From a virus (lineage: Duplodnaviria; Caudoviricetes): a DNA stretch of 64,000 nt. Under the pieces are notes generated by a model. The model was not told where the DNA came from. It saw only the letters and a list, made by a program, of their open reading frames with translations, and did no database searches. The translations under genes and the position numbers were made by a program. The stretch covers positions 1 to 64,000 of the IMG/VR virus record IMGVR_UViG_3300048854_000081. One strand, 5' to 3'. Each line of letters opens with the position of its first letter. The stretch's first letter is position 1. Shown here piece by piece: positions 17,908 through 27,234 of the stretch.

Positions 17908-17942
17908 GGCCACTCTAGGTTATACTTAGAGTGGCCTTTTTG
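17908..17942 (+). terminator. intrinsic terminator
   Basis: GGCCACTCTAG/TTAGAGTGGCC followed by T-tract. Confidence 0.8.
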
Positions 17943-17973
17943 TTTTTTCACACCACAAAAACTTAAACAAAGG

Positions 17974-18570
17974 ATGAGAACGATGAGTCAGTTTACCGCC
18001 ATAATCGTTGCAGTCTGCTTATTGATAAGTAGTTGTAGCGTACCAACCAACATTAAGCCTGTTGAATATAACGAGGTGAAGCCAAAGGTTACATTGGATA
18101 TGACATATGTTATCCAGACTGAACCTCTGCTCGCCTACAGGCCACAACCAGTGATTTCCCCAACAGAACTAAACTGTTTGGCTAAGGGAATTTACTATGA
18201 AGCTTCTGGCGAGTCCTACAAGGGCAAAGAAGCTGTAGGTTTGGTTATATTGAATAGAACTAAGAGTTCTAAGTACCCTAACACCATCTGTGGTGTAATC
18301 AAGCAATCCGTTTCATTGAATCATAAGAAATTTTGTCAATTTTCTTGGTATTGCTCTAGCGGAGAGCATAAATTAAGTGGTAGAATAGCGTCAACGCAGT
18401 ATGAAGAGAGCGTCAAAGTCGCTACCACAATACTTAATGGAACCATTGACAACTGGATGCCAAATGCTGTATCATTCCACGTAGCCAGTCTAAAGTCTGG
18501 TTGGACCAAACAAGGGTTAGTTAAAGTAGCCCAAGTTGGAAATCATATCTTCTATAAAGAGAGAATCTAA
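17974..18570 (+). CDS. SleB-like cell wall hydrolase (Hydrolase_2), lipoprotein-like N-terminus
   Basis: CLAKGIYYEASGE, VILNR, CQFSW, GNHIFY. Confidence 0.9.
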   Translation: MRTMSQFTAIIVAVCLLISSCSVPTNIKPVEYNEVKPKVTLDMTYVIQTEPLLAYRPQPVISPTELNCLAKGIYYEASGESYKGKEAVGLVILNRTKSSKYPNTICGVIKQSVSLNHKKFCQFSWYCSSGEHKLSGRIASTQYEESVKVATTILNGTIDNWMPNAVSFHVASLKSGWTKQGLVKVAQVGNHIFYKERI

Positions 18571-18571
18571 C

Positions 18572-18757
18572 ATGTTTCGTTACGTAGTTGTCGCATCCAA
18601 GGGTAACAACCAGTTTTCGTCCGTCACCAAGCTCTTTGAAGACGATGGTGACGAACTGAAGAAGTATATCGAACTGAAGGTTAATGCAGGTTTTGATTGC
18701 CATAAGTTCGATCACCAAGCGTCTTTCAAGAAAGAAAGCCGTATCATTCAATCGTAA
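18572..18757 (+). CDS. hypothetical protein
   Basis: ORF track. Confidence 0.6.
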   Translation: MFRYVVVASKGNNQFSSVTKLFEDDGDELKKYIELKVNAGFDCHKFDHQASFKKESRIIQS

Positions 18758-18783
18758 GTAGTATTTTTGAGGTTTTTCAGTTT

Positions 18784-19032
18784 ATGCAGTATAGCTTTCA
18801 TAACAGTGGTAGAATCTATTTTTTCAAGCCGGGTAAGCCAGCCTACGATGTTCGCGAGAAGATCAAGCTGACGGCATTAGAGTTCCACACGGCTCTTGTA
18901 GAAGAGTTAAATCGTCCAGATGTGTTTATTCTAGATGATCGCGGTAACATGATTGTTAAGAGTGCTAAGCCAGTTAGTCATGTACCAATGGCTGAGTGGA
19001 AGCGTCTTAAGGAAAAGAACAAGAAAAAGTAA
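18784..19032 (+). CDS. hypothetical protein
   Basis: GAGG SD. Confidence 0.65.
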   Translation: MQYSFHNSGRIYFFKPGKPAYDVREKIKLTALEFHTALVEELNRPDVFILDDRGNMIVKSAKPVSHVPMAEWKRLKEKNKKK

Positions 19033-19071
19033 TAAATAGTTTTCCTAGACGGCTCGGAGGTTTCATAGATT

Positions 19072-19272
19072 ATGCATATCAGTAATGGCATTCTAAATTC
19101 ACTGGATATAGATTCTTCAGATTTTCGTTACACCAGTAAAATACCACTGTTTGATGAAGATAAGAAAAAGCCATTTGGAAAAGTAACCTTCGTCAATGGA
19201 CATTATCGCTTAACAGTTGGGGATATTCATTTCTTTGAACTTGAACCCAACCGTGACGATAGACGACATTAA
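19072..19272 (+). CDS. hypothetical protein
   Basis: GGAGG SD, TAAATA upstream. Confidence 0.6.
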   Translation: MHISNGILNSLDIDSSDFRYTSKIPLFDEDKKKPFGKVTFVNGHYRLTVGDIHFFELEPNRDDRRH

Positions 19273-19442
19273 AATGAGCTACAAAGTCGGTACGGTAATA
19301 AAAGTAAAGGAAGGACGTTTCATTAAGATTGAAGCGTTCCTGACTGGTCCTCTAGAATCATTTTACATGTTACGCTGGGTCGATACCAACGAGGTGTTTT
19401 GTGAGTTTCCAGAGAAAATTAATGAATTGTTAGGATAAGTCT

Positions 19443-19628
19443 ATGAATGTGTATCTTGGTAAAGCCACCATAGCCATATGGATTCTAGGCACTCTCTTGT
19501 CCGGATGTGCAGCGGTCATGAGTTTAAAGGCGATACACGATTGTGCTGTCGCCACCAGTGAACAATGTAAGCTTATAGCAGTTCCATTGTCCATCAGTGA
19601 TTCATTTACATACGACAAAAAGAAATAA
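19443..19628 (+). CDS. small membrane/lipoprotein
   Basis: Hydrophobic N-terminus, LSGC. Confidence 0.6.
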   Translation: MNVYLGKATIAIWILGTLLSGCAAVMSLKAIHDCAVATSEQCKLIAVPLSISDSFTYDKKK

Positions 19629-19708
19629 ACCAAGCCCCAGCAATGGGGCTTTTCTTTGCCAGTAATAAAAGCAACAAATAAATAGTTAAACAATTTTACG
19701 GTAATGTT

Positions 19709-20212
19709 ATGGATATTCAAGATCAGGTACGTGCAAAGATCGCCGAGTTAATCAAGAAAGGTAATCGTATGTTCAAGGCTAATGTGAAGCTTGATAACAT
19801 ATTCTTCGTTGACAAGGTTTCCAATCATGGAAGCGCTGGCTGGAATAAGCGTGATGGATGGTATATCCGCATTAGCAACCAATCGCTAGCCGAGTATCCG
19901 GAATGGATGCTTGAAGAGATTATCCCGCATGAGGTTGCCCATAACGTCGCACACTGGCTAAACGTGAACGAGAGACCGTTCGGTGATCCGGGGCATGGGG
20001 AGCATTGGAAGACCATTGCGCAAGCCTTAGGAAGCTCTGGAAGAGTCAGACCGCCTACTCCGGGTGGTACCCACATCTATACAACTCAAGCCGGTAACAA
20101 AGTAAGACTAAACGGTAAGCAGCACGATATGTTGCAAAACCAATATAAGGTGTTACGTGATAAGCAAGGTAACCGCATTACAGCAGCAGGCTACCAACGT
20201 TCCGCCCAATGA
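19709..20212 (+). CDS. SprT-like zinc metalloprotease
   Basis: PHEVAH...HGEHWK. Confidence 0.85.
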   Translation: MDIQDQVRAKIAELIKKGNRMFKANVKLDNIFFVDKVSNHGSAGWNKRDGWYIRISNQSLAEYPEWMLEEIIPHEVAHNVAHWLNVNERPFGDPGHGEHWKTIAQALGSSGRVRPPTPGGTHIYTTQAGNKVRLNGKQHDMLQNQYKVLRDKQGNRITAAGYQRSAQ

Positions 20213-20237
20213 AAAAGCCGCCAATTGGCGGCTTTTC
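20212..20237. terminator. bidirectional terminator at convergence of + and - blocks
   Basis: AAAAGCCGCC-AATT-GGCGGCTTTT. Confidence 0.85.
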
Positions 20238-20240
20238 TCT

Positions 20241-20498
20241 TTAGTAATCTTCACCACGATAATCATGCTGATTGGAAAGCTCTTCCAACTCATTTTCAAC
20301 CTGTTCGATTTCATTACTGATTTCATCTACCTTAGTACAAGCTTGCTCATACTGGGTTTCAAAAATGGGGAGTCCTTCGTCGTCAAGCAGTCGGTGTTCC
20401 TCTAGGACTTCAAACGCTTCGGCTTCTTCTCTCTCGGCCATTACGAGTGCTTGACTTAGCGTTCTCAGGCGAGAGGTCAGATTGATGATGTTGCTCAT
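20241..20498 (-). CDS. acidic coiled-coil protein
   Basis: ORF track. Confidence 0.7.
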   Translation of the reverse strand: MSNIINLTSRLRTLSQALVMAEREEAEAFEVLEEHRLLDDEGLPIFETQYEQACTKVDEISNEIEQVENELEELSNQHDYRGEDY

Positions 20499-20662
20499 TG
20501 TAACTACGTTTCCTCTGGTATGTAATTTAGGATACTACATTTAACTTGCGCGTCAGTGATTCCCCACTGTCTTCACATATTAAACTTTTAATTGTGATAT
20601 GTCAAGCTTTTGACGTTTCAATTCTAAATTAAAAAACCCACATTGCTGTGGGTTTCAGAGGG

Positions 20663-20800
20663 TTAACCTTCGGTGTCGGAATGCTTGGGCTTTCGCTTGT
20701 AGTCATTCTTACGATCACGCATCACCGTAGCCTTGTTGAATGCATGAGCATTCTTGGCAACGAGGTTGTTGATCTTAGGTTTTTTCAGCTTCTTTTTCAT
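20663..20800 (-). CDS. small basic protein (45 aa, not in track)
   Basis: MKKKLKKPKINNLVAKNAHAFNKATVMRDRKNDYKRKPKHSDTEG, followed by terminator. Confidence 0.7.
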   Translation of the reverse strand: MKKKLKKPKINNLVAKNAHAFNKATVMRDRKNDYKRKPKHSDTEG

Positions 20801-21125
20801 GATTAGTATTTAGAATCTCTTTGAGTTTAGGGGAGAATTCGTTACGTTTGATCAGATGAGTGCGAACAACCTTTTCACCCAAAGACAGACACGACTTGTG
20901 CTTTCCGCCATGATCGTGTTCCACTTCGGTTACAAAACAATACAATGAACTCATGAACATGATAACGTATTTCTTTGAATCATGTTTGAATGAAAGATAA
21001 ACAGACTTCTTATTAGGAACCGTTTTATCTGTATAGAGTGCTGGACCAGAAATGATGGAGCCACCATTACGAATGATGGTAAGTGCATAGCCATCGTAAC
21101 CTGAGACGCTACCGTGATAAGACAT
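20775..21125 (-). CDS. hypothetical protein
   Basis: AAGGA SD. Confidence 0.7.
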   Translation of the reverse strand: MSYHGSVSGYDGYALTIIRNGGSIISGPALYTDKTVPNKKSVYLSFKHDSKKYVIMFMSSLYCFVTEVEHDHGGKHKSCLSLGEKVVRTHLIKRNEFSPKLKEILNTNHEKEAEKT

Positions 21126-21134
21126 GATGATTCC

Positions 21135-21371
21135 TTAGCAGTGATGAAGGGCTTCGTGGTTGGTCATCATCAGAGCAATGCTTAGAATGAACCAGACCAC
21201 AGCCATGAACAACTTCCACTTACTGGGCTTGTGCTCATTGTAAGAGTGAATGAAGGCCCATGTGATGCCTACAGCGGACAACAGGTGCATGGCAGCATGA
21301 GCAACGAACGCGAGAGTAATCCACCAGTTAGCCATTGTCAACCTGTGTACCAGACAATTCATCGATTTCAT
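21135..21371 (-). CDS. membrane protein
   Basis: Two TM segments; true start probably MANWW. Confidence 0.65.
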   Translation of the reverse strand: MKSMNCLVHRLTMANWWITLAFVAHAAMHLLSAVGITWAFIHSYNEHKPSKWKLFMAVVWFILSIALMMTNHEALHHC

Positions 21372-21579
21372 TCAGAAGAGATTCCATTTTAATGAAATCT
21401 TTCTCAATGCTACGGGTTAGTAGAACATCCAGAAGGATACCGATCATACACAGACCCCAAACGACACGATCAACACTGACAGCCGGGGCGATAACGAATA
21501 GAATGAAAACTGCACCAAAGGAATAGGCACGATAGAAACGGCGATCCCTGATAGCTACGTTATAGATATTTTGATTCAT
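21328..21579 (-). CDS. membrane protein
   Basis: Two TM segments. Confidence 0.65.
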   Translation of the reverse strand: MNQNIYNVAIRDRRFYRAYSFGAVFILFVIAPAVSVDRVVWGLCMIGILLDVLLTRSIEKDFIKMESLLNEIDELSGTQVDNG

Positions 21580-21626
21580 AATTTATACCTTCAATAAGAG
21601 AAGGGGAGCGATTAGCTCCCCTTGGA

Positions 21627-21842
21627 TTACTTCTTCTTACCCTTGGCCGATGCAGGGGTTTCTTCCTTCGGCTTCCGCGTGGTCTTGGTCTTGTTATACT
21701 CTGGACCATTCAGCATGTCAGCCCACACTCGACGCTCCTGCCATGTTCCTGCCGTGCGGAGGAAGTGACGAACCTGCTTGATCGAAAGTGGATAATCAAG
21801 CGAGGAACGGTATGGGGAACGTGCGTTCGAATCTTCAGCCAT
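21627..21842 (-). CDS. small basic protein
   Basis: Own promoter and terminator. Confidence 0.7.
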   Translation of the reverse strand: MAEDSNARSPYRSSLDYPLSIKQVRHFLRTAGTWQERRVWADMLNGPEYNKTKTTRKPKEETPASAKGKKK

Positions 21843-21908
21843 TTGAGTTACCTTTTATTTTGTTGGTTTGTTGTTGGAATGGATAGTATAAAGCTTTAAT
21901 CGTTATTG

Positions 21909-22283
21909 TCAAGAAGCTTCGTTGAAGTATTTTTCATCAGCTAGGACTTTCACCTTAGTATTATACTCGGGAAACTTACTTAGCTTCTTATGAGCACGAT
22001 AACAGGTGTATCGGCTAGGGCGATACGTTTTCATATCATCAGGCCATCGCTTACCCTTTTCCCAGCTATACACAGTGTGCTTAACCATAAAACTATAAGG
22101 ATAATTTGCAATCCAAAACTTATAGCCATTCAGGAAAGCCGTGTGCTCTCCGATGTTAGTGAAATTATACTCATCGAGCAAACGATTAACAAAATCATCG
22201 TATGCCTGATTGTATGTACCTAACATAGTCCAGAAGTCAGGACGGAAAAGAGCGAACAGAAAAGTTTTTAACTTGTAATTCAT
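21909..22283 (-). CDS. hypothetical protein
   Basis: WIANYPY...RPSRYT. Confidence 0.75.
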   Translation of the reverse strand: MNYKLKTFLFALFRPDFWTMLGTYNQAYDDFVNRLLDEYNFTNIGEHTAFLNGYKFWIANYPYSFMVKHTVYSWEKGKRWPDDMKTYRPSRYTCYRAHKKLSKFPEYNTKVKVLADEKYFNEAS

Positions 22284-22295
22284 GTTAGATATTCT

Positions 22296-22526
22296 TCAGT
22301 TAGTAAGATAATCGCCATTATGGATATAGATGACAAGATTATCAAATAGACCCACGCTGGATTCTAGCTTAATAGAACCCACTTCATTGAATCGAACCAG
22401 ATAAGCATCACCCTTGAGGGTAATGGGGTTTACACCCCATTGACCCTTTTTCAAGGAGAACAGTTTACTTACTTGACTATCCGGAATGTCTGCACGTTGC
22501 GTACCATGCCAGTCATAGAGTTTCAT
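22296..22526 (-). CDS. hypothetical protein
   Basis: Directly after RNA ligase. Confidence 0.65.
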   Translation of the reverse strand: MKLYDWHGTQRADIPDSQVSKLFSLKKGQWGVNPITLKGDAYLVRFNEVGSIKLESSVGLFDNLVIYIHNGDYLTN

Positions 22527-22529
22527 AAC

Positions 22530-23702
22530 TTACTCCGTCACTTCGGTTACGAGTTCTTCAGCTTCATCCGTGAAACCGAAGTCCTTGTAATGCTTGACCA
22601 GCCATTCCTGATAATCGTTAGACTTACCAAGATACATGTTCATTGCCAGTGCGAAGTAGAGACGCGGAAGTTCAGCCGTACCCTTGATTGCGAAATCCTT
22701 ACGATCAAGGTGACCATTCTCCTTCACGAATCCATCGACATTCTTTTCAAGCTCGCGATAGATGCCCTGAACCTTGGCTTCCATTTCATCGATGCGACGG
22801 AGAGTATCCGCATCATCAAAGAACATACCACGAAGGTCATCGTGTGCTTCACGCGCAACTGCTTCGAACAGACGGCGCGGCGAAGCTACCGAATCCTTGG
22901 TGTGATGGAGAGCACAGTACCAATCGGTCTTGTGCTTGGTGTACATACCATCAGCAAAGATTACGTAACCTTCGATATCACGCATATGACGAATGTTATC
23001 AATGAATTCCATCTTACGGGAATCTTCGATACCCGTCAGGTGATCTTCTACCAGATGTTCGACACAACCGTACTCTTCCATTTCTGCGTACAGAAAATCG
23101 TGAGAGACATGCTGACCGTTCATGAGGTCACGAGCACATAGCACCGTCAGCTTATCGTTAGCGTAAGGCAGAACGATACGGAACGGATAGCGTGGGCTGG
23201 TCCACTCAAGCGAAACCGAATAACCAGCATGGATCATGAAAAGAAGATAGTTGTACAGAGCCGAATTTTCCGGCTTGTTCAGGTATTCATTGGCAGCATT
23301 CGCCTGCGGCGAAGAAACGGACGTCTTGCTCTTCAGATACAGGTTAGGACCGATGAGATAGGTGGTCATGATGCTACCATCCATCTTGTCCATGATCATG
23401 GAAGTCTTGGAGAAATCCACATTCATGACCAGCGGGTTTTCGTTACGGTTGAAGAACTTAGCAGGCGGAAGAGCCGCCAGACGGATGTAATCACCCGACT
23501 CAGTTACTTCGAACATGTGACCGCGAGATTCCAGAGCCGAAGGCTTGATGAAATCGGAATAGGAGGCAAGTCGATAGGTAAACACACGGAGGAAGGCATT
23601 ATCCTTCACGTGGTCAACGGAATAGAACGGGGATTCCGGCTCGGACACGAGGCGAGTCAGGTCGTTGTAAAGATCACGGCCATACTGGGTCTGCATGTTC
23701 AT
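22530..23702 (-). CDS. rnlA: T4 Rnl1-type RNA ligase
   Basis: FTYRLASYSDF, ESRG, KFFNRNEN, motif I KMDGS, EGYV, KTDWYCALHHTKDS. Confidence 0.93.
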   Translation of the reverse strand: MNMQTQYGRDLYNDLTRLVSEPESPFYSVDHVKDNAFLRVFTYRLASYSDFIKPSALESRGHMFEVTESGDYIRLAALPPAKFFNRNENPLVMNVDFSKTSMIMDKMDGSIMTTYLIGPNLYLKSKTSVSSPQANAANEYLNKPENSALYNYLLFMIHAGYSVSLEWTSPRYPFRIVLPYANDKLTVLCARDLMNGQHVSHDFLYAEMEEYGCVEHLVEDHLTGIEDSRKMEFIDNIRHMRDIEGYVIFADGMYTKHKTDWYCALHHTKDSVASPRRLFEAVAREAHDDLRGMFFDDADTLRRIDEMEAKVQGIYRELEKNVDGFVKENGHLDRKDFAIKGTAELPRLYFALAMNMYLGKSNDYQEWLVKHYKDFGFTDEAEELVTEVTE

Positions 23703-23916
23703 CGGTTTGCTTCCTTTTTGAATGAACCAAGAGTTTATAATGCTTTATATGTAATGTCAATCGTCGCCATAATCATGGGGAGGATTGTTCATATCGATGT
23801 CTTCGTACATGTAGCAGCCACAATGCCACTTACCATAAGCTGAACAAACGAATGATACAGAATCTAATGGATAGGCCGTTTGGCACCATTCACAGATTTC
23901 TTCTAAGGGATTATCT

Positions 23917-24228
23917 TTATTCAGCATATTTAATATGGAGTTCCCAACCCTGTTGTACACGATCAAGGGCTGACGGACCATAATCGCAACCTTGACGCGA
24001 CCAGATTAGATCGAAGGTTTCGGTTCCATGGTTATCGATATTCGCAATCGTACGCTTACGCAAATCCCAACCTGTACGCACATCTTCCAGTGCATCAACA
24101 CCAAAATGATTACCTGTCTTCTCCCAAGCTTCTACAAAGGAAACATCACCCTTGGTTGCAGGGTCTTCATAGAGGTTGTTTACGATACGCTCAAGTAAAG
24201 CATTAAGGTCGGTCATATGATCATCCAA
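23917..24228 (-). CDS. hypothetical protein with internal duplication
   Basis: Two F..xW...G..xG..AL..V..GW units. Confidence 0.7.
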   Translation of the reverse strand: MDDHMTDLNALLERIVNNLYEDPATKGDVSFVEAWEKTGNHFGVDALEDVRTGWDLRKRTIANIDNHGTETFDLIWSRQGCDYGPSALDRVQQGWELHIKYAE

Positions 24229-24242
24229 TAGTTCGGATGATC

Positions 24243-24527
24243 TTACACAACTTTATAGGCTAAGTCAATTGATTCAAAAGCCTTATCCTTGTTACAATTC
24301 CAATGAGACAGGAAGGTTCCAAGTGGCTTACCGGCTGAGGATTCTGTTTCCAAACTAAAGAAATAGTTGGTAGAGTCGAGGAAGGAGTACACTCGCATGA
24401 TATTCTGAAGATGCTCAATCTTCTTGGTTACACGCTTCTTATCGGCAGAAGACATGTAACCCAAGTCGAGAGCTTTAACTAAACGATAGTAACGATCTTT
24501 AACTAAGCTAAGTAAATCAATAACCAT
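24243..24527 (-). CDS. hypothetical protein
   Basis: ORF track. Confidence 0.6.
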   Translation of the reverse strand: MVIDLLSLVKDRYYRLVKALDLGYMSSADKKRVTKKIEHLQNIMRVYSFLDSTNYFFSLETESSAGKPLGTFLSHWNCNKDKAFESIDLAYKVV

Positions 24528-24529
24528 TT

Positions 24530-24718
24530 TTAAGTGATCCAGTATGAACCTAAATCATACATCCACTTCATGATTAAAACAATGGGTCCGCCAATTCCAA
24601 CACAATAAAGAATTAAAATCAAAAATAGCAGGCTGTAGCAGACCCAATCTTTTTCAAACCACTTATTCATAAATTCACCAAGGTGTTTACGATATTTATC
24701 GGTCTGATCAGAGTGCAT
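24530..24718 (-). CDS. small membrane protein
   Basis: TM segment. Confidence 0.6.
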   Translation of the reverse strand: MHSDQTDKYRKHLGEFMNKWFEKDWVCYSLLFLILILYCVGIGGPIVLIMKWMYDLGSYWIT

Positions 24719-25583
24719 TTAAATTATTAATTTTAAGTTTTGAAATATCAAAGATCATTTCAGGCCAACTACCACCTCTAGGCTTGGAAACCGAAATTTT
24801 GATTTCAGTACCATTCTTAGTACCAAATTTCAGTGGCTCCGGAAACATTTGCATATAGGCATACTGAAAAGATTCATCATGATTAATCGGTTTATTCAAT
24901 TGCTTAGGTTTAAAATCCCGAGCAATCATCTTATTACCTTGATGTACCAAAGGAATTTCAAGAAATTCCTTATCAACTTTATGAGGTGAAGGAGCTTTCT
25001 GTACCTTAAATGTATTCTGCTTCATTTTATGAAGTTTAAGGAAAGCCTTCCGGTCATACAACGGATCATTGATCACCGGAATCAATTCATCGGCATTACC
25101 GTTTCGAAACATAATATTATTACCATGCATATCGAAGCGAGTATACTCATGTTTCTTGGCAATCCTACTAAGCCTTGACAGGATACTCTTAATCTTTTTA
25201 TTAGCAAAACTCTTGGGCTTTGCGGTTTCCCATTCTTCAGACAGAATCATATTATCAAAAATAAATTCATCGGCTAACCCATAGTGGTTCACCAATTTCT
25301 CAGTAATTACCAGCGTGTGAATTCCAGATTTGAGAATGGAATAGACTTTGAGCAGGTAAGGATTATTCTTATGATTATATTTACAATAACGGAAGTAATC
25401 GATCATGGCCTTATTGTCATCGGTAACCATGACCTTGATGACTACGGATGGATCAAGCTCATGCGAATACACATGACAGAAAGACCCACGTCCTATGTCT
25501 TGTGCACCCGCAACAGGTGGAGCACGACGATCTGTAACAGCAGTGGATTTCAGTTTGGTACTGAGAAGGGTTTGAACGATCAT
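24708..25583 (-). CDS. T7 gp0.7-like Ser/Thr protein kinase
   Basis: IGRGSFCHVY, VVIKV, FDMHGNNIMF, PVINDP. Confidence 0.85.
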   Translation of the reverse strand: MIVQTLLSTKLKSTAVTDRRAPPVAGAQDIGRGSFCHVYSHELDPSVVIKVMVTDDNKAMIDYFRYCKYNHKNNPYLLKVYSILKSGIHTLVITEKLVNHYGLADEFIFDNMILSEEWETAKPKSFANKKIKSILSRLSRIAKKHEYTRFDMHGNNIMFRNGNADELIPVINDPLYDRKAFLKLHKMKQNTFKVQKAPSPHKVDKEFLEIPLVHQGNKMIARDFKPKQLNKPINHDESFQYAYMQMFPEPLKFGTKNGTEIKISVSKPRGGSWPEMIFDISKLKINNLNAL

Positions 25584-25840
25584 GGAACCACCGGGAGGAT
25601 AACCTGTTTGTCATTGGCCGCAAAGGAACGATCCTTGATGATATTGTAGTCATCGAAGGTGATGTCCTTGGTGGTCATCTTGAAAAAAGTTACAAAACCA
25701 ATCTTGAGCCTGACCACCTTCTTGAGGGTGTAGGCATCGAAGTATGGACGGTCAACCCAAGAGCCAATGAAGGTCTTAGCTACCGTAATGAAACGGAGCT
25801 TCTTGGATTCTACAGTATGGTTGGTCGAATAGATTCTCAT
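25580..25840 (-). CDS. hypothetical protein
   Basis: Coupled to kinase. Confidence 0.6.
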   Translation of the reverse strand: MRIYSTNHTVESKKLRFITVAKTFIGSWVDRPYFDAYTLKKVVRLKIGFVTFFKMTTKDITFDDYNIIKDRSFAANDKQVILPVVP

Positions 25841-25905
25841 GAAATGTATTATACCTGACAGCGTGAAAAAGAAAAGCCCTGCTATGAACAGGGCTTTCAG
25901 GTTAG

Positions 25906-26382
25906 TTAGCTGTTATTTCTGACAAGGCTTGCCGCGTACTCAAGCAAATAGACCTTGGGAGCAATGGCAATCTGAACAATATTCATAATCGCATCAATGA
26001 CATGAAACACACCATAGATCGTCAGTATGCCACCAGCAATACCAAGGACGACAGTAGAAAAGCCCTCTGACACATCATCAAAAGCCTTAATCCACTTGGA
26101 TTTAATAACCAGATAGACGACGATACCGTAGATGATCCACAGAACTAACGTCACGACATTCTTGGCTAGCTGCCAGTGAAGGAACTGCGTAAGAATATCA
26201 GGAATTTGACCTTGAATCCATGCGGCACCGCTCTTGACGGCACTGATGCTGTCCACAAGAGTCTGCGATACGATATCCTTGAACTCAGGAACCTTGCTTG
26301 CAGCATCCGTAATGGTATTACCTGCACTGGAAACGCTTGAGGTGGTATTTTCGGCAACGGTAGATGCAGTAGCGGGAGACAT
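25906..26382 (-). CDS. membrane protein
   Basis: Two TM segments, IAPKVYLLEY C-terminus. Confidence 0.8.
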   Translation of the reverse strand: MSPATASTVAENTTSSVSSAGNTITDAASKVPEFKDIVSQTLVDSISAVKSGAAWIQGQIPDILTQFLHWQLAKNVVTLVLWIIYGIVVYLVIKSKWIKAFDDVSEGFSTVVLGIAGGILTIYGVFHVIDAIMNIVQIAIAPKVYLLEYAASLVRNNS

Positions 26383-26397
26383 AATAATTCCTTTAGG

Positions 26398-26817
26398 TTA
26401 ATTTGATTGGTATATGATACGTTCAGGGATGACGACTTTCTTGACCAGATTCAGACGTATGAAATCAGGAAGGAACTGGTCGGGAAAATCAAACCCCTTG
26501 TCCTTGGAGACAGTATACCAATACCATGCTTCATACACAAGATCATCATAACCATCGATGATAGTCGTTCGATCATAACGAGTGTGAACCTTGATCATAT
26601 CACTAACCGGTTCATATTCGACGTGAGCCGTTCCACTCTTACTAAACCCCCCGATCACAAATGACACGATATGACCGTCAGCCGTGATATCAACGTTATT
26701 GATTTCAAAACCAGCATCACGGAGAGAACGAATCATGTTGGCAAACTTCGGATAATCTGGTGCCATAGAGTTTACCTCAGATGTGTGAATATAGGTTGAA
26801 GTTGAAAAATATTTCAA
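26398..26817 (-). CDS. hypothetical protein
   Basis: GGFSKSG motif; start probably MAPDY. Confidence 0.7.
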   Translation of the reverse strand: MKYFSTSTYIHTSEVNSMAPDYPKFANMIRSLRDAGFEINNVDITADGHIVSFVIGGFSKSGTAHVEYEPVSDMIKVHTRYDRTTIIDGYDDLVYEAWYWYTVSKDKGFDFPDQFLPDFIRLNLVKKVVIPERIIYQSN

Positions 26818-26818
26818 G

Positions 26819-26892
26819 TGGCGGCTCGTGTCGGATTTGCGCCGACCTAGACGGATTTAGAGTCCGTTGCACTACTACTGTACCAACGAGCC
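26819..26892 (-). tRNA. amber suppressor tRNA (CTA), Cys-like body with G73
   Basis: Reverse complement GGCTCGT...ACGGA-CTCTAAA-TCCGT...ACGAGCC-G-CCA. Confidence 0.85.
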
Positions 26893-26898
26893 ATGAAA

Positions 26899-26975
26899 TG
26901 GTGGGAATAGTGGGATTCGAACCCACGACACGGGAATTTAGAGTTCCTTGCTCTAACCAACTGAGCTATATTCCC
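26899..26975 (-). tRNA. amber suppressor tRNA (CTA), canonical class I body with A73
   Basis: Reverse complement GGGAATATAGCTCAGTTGGTTAGAGC-A-AGGAA-CTCTAAA-TTCCC...TTCGAAT...ACCA. Confidence 0.9.
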
Positions 26976-26982
26976 ATATAAC

Positions 26983-27180
26983 TTAAATGTTAACAATAAA
27001 CCGGTTTGTCTCGCTACCAGCCTTGATATGTTCGTAACCAGCCGAGAACAAGTGGAGAGCGATGACCTTGGCATGCATTGCATTTCCAGTAACAACTTCA
27101 ATGGCTGAAGAACCTTGTTCTTTCTGTTCAGTGAGGAACGTAACAAGCTCATCAAATGTTTCGAAGTTATGAGTGATCAT
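26983..27180 (-). CDS. hypothetical protein
   Basis: AAGGA SD. Confidence 0.65.
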   Translation of the reverse strand: MITHNFETFDELVTFLTEQKEQGSSAIEVVTGNAMHAKVIALHLFSAGYEHIKAGSETNRFIVNI

Positions 27181-27234
27181 GACTTATCCTTTGTAATGTG
27201 ATGTAATGTATTATAGGTGTTAAAACGATTGGTG

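Noticed and set aside
22440-23843. + strand ORFs of 233 and 204 aa
   Set aside because: Antisense shadows of the RNA ligase gene.
26781-26981. ORFs overlapping tRNA genes (also 44932..45231 and 60742..61074)
   Set aside because: Translations of tRNA sequence (GFEP, GIRT signatures).
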